Source of the DNA: Basidiobolus meristosporus CBS 931.73
Lineage: Eukaryota; Fungi; Basidiobolomycota
Direction of reading: 5' to 3'
Length of the DNA stretch: 64,000 nucleotides
NCBI GenBank assembly: GCA_002104905.1
Contig: MCFE01000025.1
Span: 124,001-188,000, forward strand
How positions within the stretch are numbered: position 1 is the stretch's first letter; every line of letters starts with the position of its first letter. Positions 24,566 to 39,280 of the stretch are shown piece after piece. The notes beneath the pieces are model-generated. The model saw only the letters and a list, made by a program, of their open reading frames with translations. It was not told where the DNA came from and ran no database searches. The position numbers and the translations under genes were made by a program.

Positions 24566-25129
24566 TTAGTATCCCGTGTCACGTCTATACTCATCCGCCA
24601 TATTGAATGGAATTGCTCTTCGTTTAGCGATACCGTATGGCGTAGCATACTCTATGGTGCATCGACTCCTGCGCTGAGCTAATTCAAATGCATCACAGGA
24701 GAAATCTTTAGCCTGAGAGATTCTCCATACCCGAGGTCCCGAGCCGCCCATTCTGCCCCAAAATTGAGCACACTGATCTGGGGTTCCGATTTCTGGATGG
24801 CGAGTCATGAATGTTGGGCACATGCCGAGCATGCAGTTACGAAATTGCTCCTCACAAAGTAGCTTTGTCATACCACATGTGGCGTAGCACTTATCTTTCA
24901 AATCGCAACAAGGTATGAATATGCCATCGCTTGCCTGGCGGATTCTCGCGCATCCTCTGTTATCTTCGTAAGTCACGTTGCTAATCACAGGACTCGGGCA
25001 TACCAATGGTGGGTTAAAGTTAAAGGGGGGCGGGCCATTCCAGCCACTGCTTACAAACTGGCCCTGTGTGTATCCAGCCAAGCAGAGTAGCCCCAGGCCT
25101 AATGCAACAAAGCAAGTCAATCGATGCAT
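24566..25129 (-). CDS. Secreted group XII phospholipase A2-like protein; catalytic His replaced by Lys
   Basis: Signal peptide from ATG 25129 (MHRLTCFVALGLGLLCLAG); CCDLKDKCYATCGMTKLLCEEQFRNCMLGMC follows the PLA2G12 Cys pattern (CCxxHDxCY). Confidence 0.7.
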   Translation of the reverse strand: MHRLTCFVALGLGLLCLAGYTQGQFVSSGWNGPPPFNFNPPLVCPSPVISNVTYEDNRGCARIRQASDGIFIPCCDLKDKCYATCGMTKLLCEEQFRNCMLGMCPTFMTRHPEIGTPDQCAQFWGRMGGSGPRVWRISQAKDFSCDAFELAQRRSRCTIEYATPYGIAKRRAIPFNMADEYRRDTGY

Positions 25130-25336
25130 CCTCCAAATTCGGGTTATCTCTTGACACATCCTTCGTAGCCAGGTATATATAGGTGTTATAAACGTGAAAC
25201 CAAACAGGTACATGTGACAAAGTTGAAACAACGGCTACATTTGTTGATGGCTTATGGTTCCGCCGTTACAGGGAAGGATGGGTGTGTAAATGCTGGATTG
25301 AGTTTATTGGATCTTGAAGAAACGATCGAAATCATT

Positions 25337-26541
<1,205 letters not shown>

Positions 26542-26839
26542 TTTTGGGAGAATATACTAGACTGGTGGTGTATAAAATAGAATTTTTTCAAATGGACTGC
26601 TTCCTTGAAAGGATTCTCGAATCGAAGAAATTTCAAGCAATGTTTATGTGTATGCTCCATCCCAAAATCCAAAACGTGATTGAGATTGAAATTGCTCATA
26701 TGCTTACCATAGGCCATTGTAGTGATGGGCCATGTAGCCATGACATATATAGATGATTAACAGTAACCCACATGCCATTGCGATTTGAGTCCCACCAAAA
26801 TATTCTCAAGTGTGAGGTCTCCCTTGGACAGGTTCATGA

Positions 26840-27579
<740 letters not shown>

Positions 27580-27834
27580 ATTTTCTGAATGCGCCATATC
27601 CCCGACCCCCAGACAATTCATGTATATTTGAACCAGCCCTCAAATAATATTACGTCTCAGTGAATGCTGACAAACCAGGGATTATCTATGAAAAACCGTA
27701 CTTGGCATACACTTTATTAACCATACATGGATGTGTTCTTTCATTCTTTGGTGTATCCATAGGCCAAGCGAAAATGACCGAAAATAGAGAGTATATTCAT
27801 CGGTGGTGAGGTATAACGGGTGAGGCGCAATTAC

Positions 27835-28125
27835 TTATTTACCAGCGGCAGCTTTAGCCTCCAAAGCCTTTTGTTGTTTTTGACGCATGATTTCGGCATC
27901 ACTAAAGCATCTAATGAGAACCACGTTTCACTGCTACAGAGCGCACGAGTATACCAACCTTTCAGCTCTCTTCTTGAAGCTGCCATCTTTGTTGGACTTG
28001 GCATTTTTGGCAGCCTTCTTGGCAGCTCTTTCTCTATCTTTTTCGCGCTGGTTACCACCTAAAAGAAAAATCAGTATTTTCTCAGAGATTCCTTAGTGGG
28101 GAGAATAGGCATCCTTACGGGTCAT
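27835..28125 (-). CDS. SERF: Small EDRK-rich factor (SERF/4F5 family)
   Basis: Three exons give MTRGNQREKDRERAAKKAAKNAKSNKDGSFKKRAESDAEIMRQKQQKALEAKAAAGK. The first exon is 7 nt. Not in the ORF track in this frame. Confidence 0.9.
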
Positions 28126-28360
28126 GATGGATCAAGTTAATGAGATGAGAAGACAGTGAACTACACAACGGGGACATTTAAAGGCAACACCCCTTTGGAA
28201 ATTTTTGGATTTTTCTGGATTCGGTAGATTTGGTGCGGAATTTCTTGGAAAACATTGATTTTAACCAAGGTTTGTTTGCAAATGGAATATCAAAATTTTC
28301 TATCTGATTTAGATCGTGTACAGATATGGTTCCTAGACCTTCACTGTGACCGTTCGTGAT

Positions 28361-28976
28361 ATGGTACTTTTCAAAAATACTCAAACACTGGTGAAGATTT
28401 CTTCCAGGGTAGCCAAGAAGGATATCAGCCAGTTATTGTTGTTTTCAGGCTATAAAGATTGGGATCTGGGTGTTCACCTTACAGGCGATCGCTTTATTCG
28501 GAAACTCAATAGAGAGTACAGAAACAAGGATAAGCCAACGGATATACTTTCGTTTCCATTTCACCAGGTACTTTTTGGAAACAGGTTGCTTAGAAGTTCC
28601 ACATAACCCTAGCTAATTCCAACTTAGGCTATTGCTCCAGGAAAGCTCGACCTTCCAGGTCACCTCACTGAAGATGACCGCAATCTCGGTGACTTAATTA
28701 TATCCATGGCCTACGTCTTGAGACATTGTAAAGAAAACAATACAACTATTCAAGAGCGACTCCCAATACTATACACTCACGGTATTTGCCACTTGCTTGG
28801 TTATGATCACGAAACAGACGAAGATTTTGAGCAGGTTAGTTTATCCTTTTATATATCTGCAAAAAACGTTTTCCCGGTTGTTAAATATGTACAAACTGCA
28901 GATGGCAAAGAAAGAGGATGAGATTCTTCAGCACTTTTGGGACTGGAAAAAGAGGCAAACAAACGAGCTGGAGTGA
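28361..28976 (+). CDS. YBEY: YbeY rRNA maturation factor (probably mitochondrial)
   Basis: Three exons: LNREYRNKDKPTDILSFP, LGDLIIS, and HGICHLLGYDH (zinc-binding H3xH5xH motif). Confidence 0.92.
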
Positions 28977-29109
28977 CAATGCCAATGCATAGAGCCTTGA
29001 CTAATACCTTGCATCAATCAATAAATTAATCCGAGCACATCACGTGGCTCGATTCTATGTGATTTACCTTCTACAGAGTACGAGGTTACGAACGTATTCT
29101 TAACACACC

Positions 29110-29667
29110 ATGATATTCTCCTTGTACGTTATCAATAAGGCAGGAGGTCTGATTTATCAACGAGATTTCGCAGAAGGACTTAACCGACTTACCAGTAACG
29201 AATACCTGGTGCTGGCCGGTACCTTCCATGGGTAGGAGGGGGAATAGCACTCAATCGACTGTTTTTCAACTAACCAATTGTTTCCCCATGCTGGTGAAAT
29301 TGAATCAACAGTGTCCACGCCATTACTTCCAAGATTTCTCCAACCTCCAGCTCGTCTGGTATTGAAATCCTTGAAACCGACACATTCAAGTTGCACTGTT
29401 TTCAAACCTTGACAGGTAACGTGGGCAATAGGCAACACTTCAGTACTGGCCAGCAACACCAGTGAATGACCCTCCATCACCCATTTAGGCACCAAGTTCA
29501 TCCTGCTATCGGAGCCCCTCCATCCCAATCTAGACATGGTTTTGAAGCGGGTATATAGAATCTACGCCGATTACGTGATGAAAAACCCCTTTTACAATCC
29601 CGAGATGCCCATCCGCTGCGAACTCTTTGATCTTCACCTGACAAAGCTGATGAGAACACTTGGGTAG
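29110..29667 (+). CDS. TRS23: TRAPP complex subunit 4 (sybindin family)
   Basis: [65 protein letters not shown]; three exons. Confidence 0.93.
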
Positions 29668-30084
29668 CTTTGTAAAGTAATAGAATGCCGCACATAATAT
29701 ACACATCTGGACCATCATATTTCGGGAAAGTCCCAAGCGTCGGAGCCTCAAACTTATGTAAATAAATTTCTGGTTCATGAAACAGCCATCACACCGGGTA
29801 CTGTTTATGTTGCAAACCATCTTGCCTTCAACACAACCACTTCGTAGCTGGCATGCAGGAAAAGGCCGATCGTAGTTGCCATGGTGCGGATGCATCCACC
29901 CTCAAATCAAACGGGATATGAAGCGGACATCTATCCCGTCATCAGGAAATTTCAATAGTCACAGTGATTCAAAACTCACCAGTGATCCGGCTCCAAGTAA
30001 GCCAAACATTCAACAAATTTTTCGGTCCAAGGCGAATCCTCCCATACGGATATCCGGCCGTCTTTGGTTTACTTCTCCACAGGT

Positions 30085-31740
30085 ATGCAATGCACCTGGA
30101 AGGCTTTCAAAAGGCCTGTATACTACGCCGTTTGGCTCTTTTTCTGCTTCAACGCTGCTCTGTCCTTATGGAAGCTTCTTAAGAAGGAGCACCCTGTCGA
30201 GCAAACGCTGAATCAACTGATGGATGACTTACGTTCTCATGAGGTGGCCATACGAAGTGAGCCACATGTGCTTAGATATCGCCAGATAGCCGAGTATCTT
30301 TCCAACAAGCTAATCTCCGGCCTCAGCCTCTTCCAAACCGGGATCACCCAACCTACCTCGGGTTCCCCAAGTTCCGAACCAAAGGTAGAAAAGGCAAAGG
30401 TAAAGGCAACGAAGGAGCGGATCAACTATGCCTCTTTCGATTGCACTGCCGCCGTGCTTCAAGCAAACCCACAGGCCAAGGGAGCGACGGCCATACTTGT
30501 AGAAAGCAAAGACAAGTACATGTGGAACGAATGTGCCACCGAGAAGTTTATTGTAGTGGAGTTGTGCGATGATATATTGGTGGACACTGTGGCGCTGGCC
30601 AACTACGAATTCTTTTCGTCGAATTTCAAAGACGTCCGAATATCGGTCAGTGATACATATCCGCCGAGGGCAAGCGCTGGCTGGAAAGTGCTTGGAGAGT
30701 TTCAAGCACGCAATGTTCGGGATATTCAAGTAAGCTAAGTCTCTCATGGTTGTGTCAAGGTGGTGGTGAGGCTGACTGGCTTCTTAGGTATTTCAAATTA
30801 GCAACCCATTCATCTGGGCCCGCTTTCTACGTCTTGATTTCCTATCTCATTATGGTAACGAATTTCTCTGCCCAGTAAGCCTTTTACGTGTCCACGGAAC
30901 CACTATGATTGAGGAGTATAGAAGGGAGGGTGACGAGATTTCCTCTGATGCACAGAAGCAGTCCAGTTTGCCACTATTAGAGGCTGAAGCCAGCTCATTA
31001 CACAGCAAGACCGAAGTACCTATCATGACCGACCTTGATAATGCTGCTTCAGATGCAGCATTCCACAAACTGAGAAGCGTGATAGATGGTGGGGTGTCGT
31101 CACTGGCTCCTCACCACCAATCACAAATAGAAGATAGCACCAATCTTAACAAGCACGTATTGACTAAACAAGAGAGCCGACAAAACACAGGCTCTCAGGA
31201 GAGTATTTTCAAGACAATCACGAAGAGACTGAACATACTCGAGCAACGCATCTCTCTATCCTACAAATATCTTTCGGAGCAGAGCAGCGCGATCAACGAG
31301 GTGTTTGCCAGCATCGACGCGACCCAAAGGGAATACTTGCGGGAGGCATTGCTGAACCTGAACGAAACAACCACAATTCAGTTGAATATCTTGGTGAGTG
31401 GCTTGGATGTGCTGGGCCTGCAGCTTACTAATGATTGGAATCTAGAACAACACATATGAGCTTGTCTGGCAAGCGGCTGTACATGAATCCAAGCTCTACC
31501 GAGAGAGCACCGATGAAAAAATCGAGGAGATCACCCGGCAGATCCATATCTTGGCAGATGAGGTACTTAACCCACCGACTCGTTCCATCCCCTCATCATT
31601 CTAACGCATTGCTGTAGGTGGCGTTTGAAAGAAGGCTAGGAGTAGTCCAGCTCTTACTTCTTGTTGTGCTGATAGTTATTGTGACTTCCTCCAACCTAAT
31701 CAAGGATCCGCTAAAGCTGATAAAGAGGAAGCTGGAATAA
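30085..31740 (+). CDS. SLP1: SUN-domain ER membrane protein, Slp1/SUCO-like
   Basis: RINYASFDC, ILVESKDKYM.NEC, VELCDDILV..ANYEFFSS, GNEFLCPVSLLRVHG, QESIFKTITKRL coiled coil, C-terminal TM. Start codon uncertain. Confidence 0.85.
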
Positions 31741-32097
31741 GATTGCATTTTGATTTTGTGCCGAGTCAGGATCTATACCCTTAATATGATGTACCGATTA
31801 TATTCGACTGTATTCGACTATATTCCACTATATATATAAACACCAACCTTCAACAAAGCCAGGGTAACCACGTGAGTCAGAGAGATGGACAAGAAATGGG
31901 GCGATCTTGTGGGGAGCTCTATAGGGGACTGAGCACAGTAATCACATGAAACATTACCAACCCCCGCCTTATTGGAATACATCTGGTGTTTTTACGTTGG
32001 TTTTGGCGCGGCTTTCTAACTGTATCCAGTAATATTTTAACAATTAACATATACTCCGCACCTTTCCTTAACCCTTCTATCGTCGTATACTACAACC

Positions 32098-32577
32098 ATG
32101 TTCTTCCGTAGCACCTCCCTCTTGGCCAAGCAGCCACTCACTCGTTACGCCTCCACCTCCTCCGTTCCCAACCTATCCAGCATTCAGAACTCGTGGAAGT
32201 CCCTTGCCCACGAAGAGAAAGTCTCCCTCTACAACAAAGTCTTGGAAGCTCAAAAGGGTGACTGGAAAGCCTTGAGCCTGGACCAGAAAAAGGCCGCGTA
32301 CTGGATCGCTTTCGGCCCCCACGGTCTTCGTAAGGCTCCTTTGGAGAAAGGAGACGGCAAGAAGGTGTTCGCTGGCGTTGCCGCCGTGATTGGTATCTCT
32401 GGTGGCCTGTTCTACTTGATCCGTTTGGCCGGCCAACCCACTCCTCACACCTTCACCAAGGAATGGCAAGAGGCTACCAACGAGAGAATGAAGGAGCAGA
32501 AGGCCAATCCCATCTCCGGTATCTCTTCCGAGGGTTATCAAGGAAAGGGTTTCGTCAGCTTCACAAAAGAAGAATAA
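32098..32577 (+). CDS. COX5: Cytochrome c oxidase subunit IV family (yeast Cox5-like)
   Basis: 159 aa with presequence; DWKALSLDQKKAAYWIAFGPHG, single TM, TKEWQEATNE..KANPISG. Confidence 0.95.
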   Translation: MFFRSTSLLAKQPLTRYASTSSVPNLSSIQNSWKSLAHEEKVSLYNKVLEAQKGDWKALSLDQKKAAYWIAFGPHGLRKAPLEKGDGKKVFAGVAAVIGISGGLFYLIRLAGQPTPHTFTKEWQEATNERMKEQKANPISGISSEGYQGKGFVSFTKEE

Positions 32578-33056
32578 TCCCGAAGTTTCCCCATTGAGTG
32601 CCACCCATACTTCTGTACCGCACCAAAGCAAAATAAACCTTCAATTTTTAGCTTTATAGTTCGTCTCGCGAGGCCAAGAGAAGCCATAAATGTGGGCTGA
32701 TTAATGGCAAATTGCCTGTATTGGGAGTTGGATTAAATATGGAATCCGGGTCTGGAGCCCTCAATTACCTGGTATACATGCTAACGAATTTCCAGCAGTT
32801 GATCTTAGCGTTCACCCCTCACCTACATATTGATGGGTTTCCATTCTGGATTTATCAGCTCGTTCATGGACATTCCTTCGATCCTGTCTACAGCATCAGC
32901 GGTTTCCCCAATATTGCCAAACAAATGCGGGTGCCTTTTTTGCATTGGTGTTCAGCATGTCCAGGTGGAAATCCTCGGGATTTTTCGAATCCCGATTTCT
33001 TCATTACGAATGCGTCGAACGTATTTTCGAGGGAGTGGCTATGATTGGAACTTGCC

Positions 33057-33764
33057 ATGGTTTGGATTAAGCATCTTTCGAAAATTCCTCTAGCGACTCG
33101 TATTCAACTGCCGCCCTTCTCGCGGTGCTTGACCAGGGGGCGCCTCCCTCTCGGATCACCTAGGTATTTTTCAAACGGGCTCCCACTTTACGAGGCGTGT
33201 GCATCCAAAAAGCGCGCCCATCACGATCTAGAAAGTTTTTTAAGCTGCGGTTATGATCCAACCAGCAAGTACTTCGTTGGTACTATGTTTGAGTACCAAG
33301 TCAACGAGCTATTGAAAGCCTTCAACATTGAGACTCGTCGATGCGGTGGTTCGGATGATAAAGGTGTAGACTTGCGAGGCAGATGGATCCTCCCTGGGCA
33401 CATGCTGCCCCTCGTTGTGCAATGCAAGCACGAGAAGAAGAAGGTAGGGCCCAACTACGTAAGAGAAATCCAGGCAACAGTTGAAAGAGAATCCCCGGGG
33501 ACTCTCGGCATCTTGGTATCCAACAGGGGCTTTACGAAGTATGCGCTTGCCCAGTTTTCCCCTGCGAAAACCCCTATCGTGTTAATTACCGTAGACGAAA
33601 ACCTAGATATCAGTGGGTTTCATTTCAACCTGGCCACCGAAAAGTTGCTGCCCGAGTTGATGGTTACAAGGAAGTTTCTGCTTACCAAGGCGGGAGAGGT
33701 CTCCTGGAAGTTCGCTATGTTGTGGAATGGCGTAGAGTATTCCCCGAAGGTGGACTCCGCTTAG
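33057..33764 (+). CDS. RRG7: Rrg7-like mitochondrial PD-(D/E)XK-fold protein
   Basis: GTMFEYQV, GGSDDKGVDLRGRW, VVQCK, GPNYVRE, GILVS..GFT; basic N-terminus. Confidence 0.75.
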   Translation: MVWIKHLSKIPLATRIQLPPFSRCLTRGRLPLGSPRYFSNGLPLYEACASKKRAHHDLESFLSCGYDPTSKYFVGTMFEYQVNELLKAFNIETRRCGGSDDKGVDLRGRWILPGHMLPLVVQCKHEKKKVGPNYVREIQATVERESPGTLGILVSNRGFTKYALAQFSPAKTPIVLITVDENLDISGFHFNLATEKLLPELMVTRKFLLTKAGEVSWKFAMLWNGVEYSPKVDSA

Positions 33765-33945
33765 CAACCCCCTCAATCCGGCTTTCATGGCCGTCGGCAG
33801 CTGTACATTTGTTAATTGCATCTTAGAACCCGACATCTACCCCCTCCCCACATACACAAACATGTTAGAATGAACACTGGCTATATTACCAATTTATTTA
33901 AGGGCTTCTCTGTTGGGAACAAAAAGAGGAATAGAATCTGTAAGG

Positions 33946-35344
33946 CTAGAGTAGACACAGTCGGATAAGGTTGTCGCCATCTTGAGCTTCGACCAGCTTT
34001 AGGTTTCTCAGAATCTGGATGGCGGTCGTATAATGATGGCGGGCTTCCTCGCCAGGTGGAAATTCCTACAAGGTGCGATTAGTCATGCTGTGGCATACGG
34101 TTGGGTGAGATTGCAACGAACCTTTTGCATGTGTTCCAAACGAATCGACTTGGATTCATCTTCGATCAACAGCTCCATGATTCTTGACATGGTGACCCCG
34201 ACGTTGTTTGTCGGGAAGAACAGCTTGAAGAGGCTCTTGATCTGCTGCGCAGAGACCACGGGATTCGATATTTCTTTGTCGGAGAGCTTGGATTGACAAG
34301 TTTTTAAGGCGTCCAGATACGTTTGCAGTCTCTGGCTGACTCGCTGGTCTACCAGCGTAAGGGTCTTGGTTTGGAAGTAGCCCAGATGTGAGTAGAGAAT
34401 GTCTGAGAGTTGGTCTATAACGCAGTAATTCCAGTTAGTCAATGCATAGTCTAGTCGACAATAAGCATACTGTACCATGGGAAATCAATTCCTCTAGACC
34501 CTCGTCTTGCTGTGATTTAGTGTTGAGCCTGGATTGCTCTTCAAGAGAGAGCATTTTCTTCTTGATCTGACTGTCAACCAAGTCGAGTTTGGATCTCAGA
34601 TCCTTGATCGTTTCTTGGTGCTTTGATGATTTCTGAGGCTTCGGTGGAGTAGGGTTCTGGGGATAACGGCTGTGTTATCAAGGGCGAGGTGCGGAACATC
34701 AATCTGCGAATACCTACCTTCGACAAGGATTCGTTCAATTCCGATAGTTCCTGCTCCTATTCTCACGGGGAATGATGTCGGCGATGATTCGAACGAATAA
34801 AAAAGCCGTGTGCCACGAACCTTGGATCTCAACTCCTCCTCGATCGAGGCCAGATTTCTTTGAACTTCTTGTCGGCTGTTCTTTAAAAGGTCTAATTTCT
34901 GCTTTAATGGCTCGCTGAGTCTCTTCTGCTGTAATAGGTGGCTCTTCTTTTTGGATTTTCTCTCCAGCTCCTTCTCTAAGGCGGACAGTTTGTTCTCCAG
35001 TTGGTTGTTGATGTCGTCTACGTGGGAGAACAGGTTTTCTATGTGAGGTAGAAGCTCTTGTGTGAGCGAAGTTTGTGCGTCTTGGATTTGCTCTTCGGTT
35101 AGCAACTCGTAATTCTGCTCACATAACACGGTTAATTCCAGCGTCTTGAAGCAAGCGACGAGAATAGAAGGCTAACCTGATGTAGTTCGAATATTTTGCT
35201 CAAACGGGCAGTGTCTCGTGTGGTGTACTTCATCTTTGCAATCGACCTATCCACAGAATCGGTGCATAGTTGGAGAGCCGTGATGCAGTCATCCAAGCTT
35301 TGCTCCAGTTGAACAAACTTCTCACGTCGGGTACGAACGCTCAT
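33946..35344 (-). CDS. SPC19: DASH/Dam1 subunit Spc19 homologue with a long C-terminal extension (about 364 aa, 6 exons)
   Basis: Exons 35344-35177, 35114-34821, 34756-34718, 34656-34476, 34414-34122 and 34065-33946 join in frame through GT-AG introns. The N-terminus LEQSLDDC..SI..TRDTARL..YELLTE..DA..L..ELLPHIENL is Spc19-like. Confidence 0.72.
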
Positions 35345-35632
35345 GTGTGTTGGTGAATAGTGGTTGGATGGGGGACTATGGATGTCACCAATCTAGCGGT
35401 TGGTTTTATGGCATAGTTGCAGGATTTGTTTGTTTTGATTAGACGAGGAAGTCAAATATTGTCCATTGGTTAGCTCCTGAATAGATATATGCTGAATTTC
35501 ATGTTTAACTTAAGCCAAAGTAATCAAGGATCAGGCTGGAGTGGGCCACTATTGGAACCGCCAAAGCCACAAGTGGTGCTTTTAACATTCGACCGTCGGG
35601 TTTTTGCAGCAGAGCCTTTGCAGCAATCTTTC

Positions 35633-37322
<1,690 letters not shown>

Positions 37323-38455
37323 GTATACAGAACCGGTGCGTCTCACCATATCCGCAATCGCGTGATCTTCGAATAAATTGATTGGCTTTGGACCCACCCC
37401 TCTACACCGGTGGTCATGACATCAAGAGAACACTTATTAAGAACCTCCAACAACCAAATCACTGGGTTTTCTCTGTTTTAATAAACCGCATCTGCAAGTG
37501 GCTATGAGATAGTGGATGCGCGTCTAACCACATAGGATTCATTTCAATATGTTATTGCCCTCCACCCTCTGATGAAAACAATCCCGGCCAATCCACTTGT
37601 CTGTAATTTATAGATATATTGGTTGGCTAATCTGGTTAAATTTCTGACCGGAACGTAAGCCATGCCTAACCCTGGGTTCTGGGACATCGCCTATACCATC
37701 CCATGGGAGTGGAATGACCGAAGGCAGCCCCCTTCCCCACCGTTCTCACGTAAAATGTAACCTGGATTGTCTCAAGAGAGGTCCATTCGCATGGACTGCA
37801 CTGGAGGAGATCTCTATACCGTATGACACATATGTCTCAACTGCTGATACCTGATTAACCTGCTTGGACCAGTTTTTCGTTCGATTCACGAATTCCCTTT
37901 TGGATCTACGATTAAGTCAGTCACTTTCACAAAGGGTTAAATCGTGTTAGTTTTAGGCCGGCATGCACAGACCTCGCAGTGCCCCGACCGATTTGAACCT
38001 CGCAGCCGCAAGAGTAGATGAATTTCCCCGAAGAAACTGATGCCTATTATGTCCCATTGAATGGCTTGCACAAAATCACTATTTTTGTTCTTGCAAGCGC
38101 TATTTATGTTTAGCCTGGAGACGATTCGAGACATCAAGGCCTCATTAATCTAACTCTCTATCTCTCGCGCTCGCATCCAGTGAATGCACAGCAAATCTAT
38201 ACTAATATGCGATATCTTATTCTAAACTTTGTACCTGATTTAGTGAAACATGTGCACTTTCTGTTTACGACTCTCGCGCGATTTTATTGGTTGCCATGTA
38301 AACGCCTGCCATTCGTTTGTTTTGTATATCCGCGGCCTGCGGTATATATTGGAGTGAATTCACTTGAATGAATTTTCATTTCTCCTTGACATTGATCTGA
38401 TCAAACTGCTCGAGCCGGGCGATCCAACTTGACCTTTCCTTCCATCGCTTTAGCT

Positions 38456-39280
38456 ATGTCAATGTCCTCCCTGAACTGCCCCAACACACCACATCCTAAT
38501 ATCAAGGTCACGCCTGCTGAGCAGCAGCGTCAATGTTGGACATTGCCCCCGCCGGATCGATCCATATCTGCCAAAGCACTTGGAGATGAGAACCCACCTG
38601 CATTCATTAATTTCGGTCGACGTGCATCTACTACAGGTTCCACCGTCCAACACCGGTTGTTGGGCTCATATCTGCACCCAGCCAGACGTCAGTCACAAGA
38701 AGGTCAGCCCCCTCTGGCCATCCGCTTGATGAGGGATAGCGAACGCAGAGAGCTGGACAGAACCGACGTATTCTCTCCCAAGAACTCCACCCGCCGACCA
38801 TTAACTGACATCGCCAACTCTCCGATCCGCCCAAGCAACTCCCAGAACTTGCTGGATGGGCCATCTTCCCCTTTTGTGAAATGTCTTCTCTCCAACACCC
38901 CCGCCAAGCTCCCCGCCAAAATATCGGTACTGAGCCCGGGGGCCTACAACTACGAAAACCCACCAAAGCTTCGACGCCTCTCGATCCAGGGAGACTCCAT
39001 CGAGGAATTCCGGCTGCGCCAATCTGGGGACGGTCAGTCCATTGAAAAGCAAGACCCCCACGCACCTGTCGAGAAGCTTACGCGACCTCTGCCCAATGTC
39101 CAAGGGGAGATTGAATTCGAAGTCATCAGCTCCCCAGTCTCGCCCCTTCGAGACCGCGATCTGATGCTTATCCCCGAAGAAGCTGAAGAGGAGTCCATGG
39201 GTCCACTCTCCTCACCGATCCGCCACGTCGAGGTGGAAGATCCGTTCACCTCGAACAAACGCCAAAAGCTGGCGAATTAA
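38456..39280 (+). CDS. Uncharacterised disordered Ser/Pro-rich protein with a D-box and many S/T-P sites
   Basis: Open single-exon ORF of 274 aa from the first ATG; RRPLTDIAN, SPK/SPIR/SPLR, C-terminal KRQKL. Confidence 0.7.
   Translation: MSMSSLNCPNTPHPNIKVTPAEQQRQCWTLPPPDRSISAKALGDENPPAFINFGRRASTTGSTVQHRLLGSYLHPARRQSQEGQPPLAIRLMRDSERRELDRTDVFSPKNSTRRPLTDIANSPIRPSNSQNLLDGPSSPFVKCLLSNTPAKLPAKISVLSPGAYNYENPPKLRRLSIQGDSIEEFRLRQSGDGQSIEKQDPHAPVEKLTRPLPNVQGEIEFEVISSPVSPLRDRDLMLIPEEAEEESMGPLSSPIRHVEVEDPFTSNKRQKLAN

Noticed and set aside
31801-31830. 10-mer triplet TATTCGACTG/TATTCGACTA/TATTCCACTA
   Set aside because: Too short and degenerate to interpret.
29041-31875. CACGTG E-box-like sites upstream of TRS23 and COX5 as a shared regulatory motif
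   Set aside because: A six-mer is expected by chance, and it is not seen consistently upstream of the mitochondrial genes.
32173-32631. 152-aa antisense ORF over COX5
   Set aside because: Shadow ORF from codon bias; no motifs.
37879-37887. GTTCGATTC resembling a tRNA B-box
   Set aside because: No A-box or cloverleaf around it. No tRNA, rRNA or CRISPR array was found in the window.
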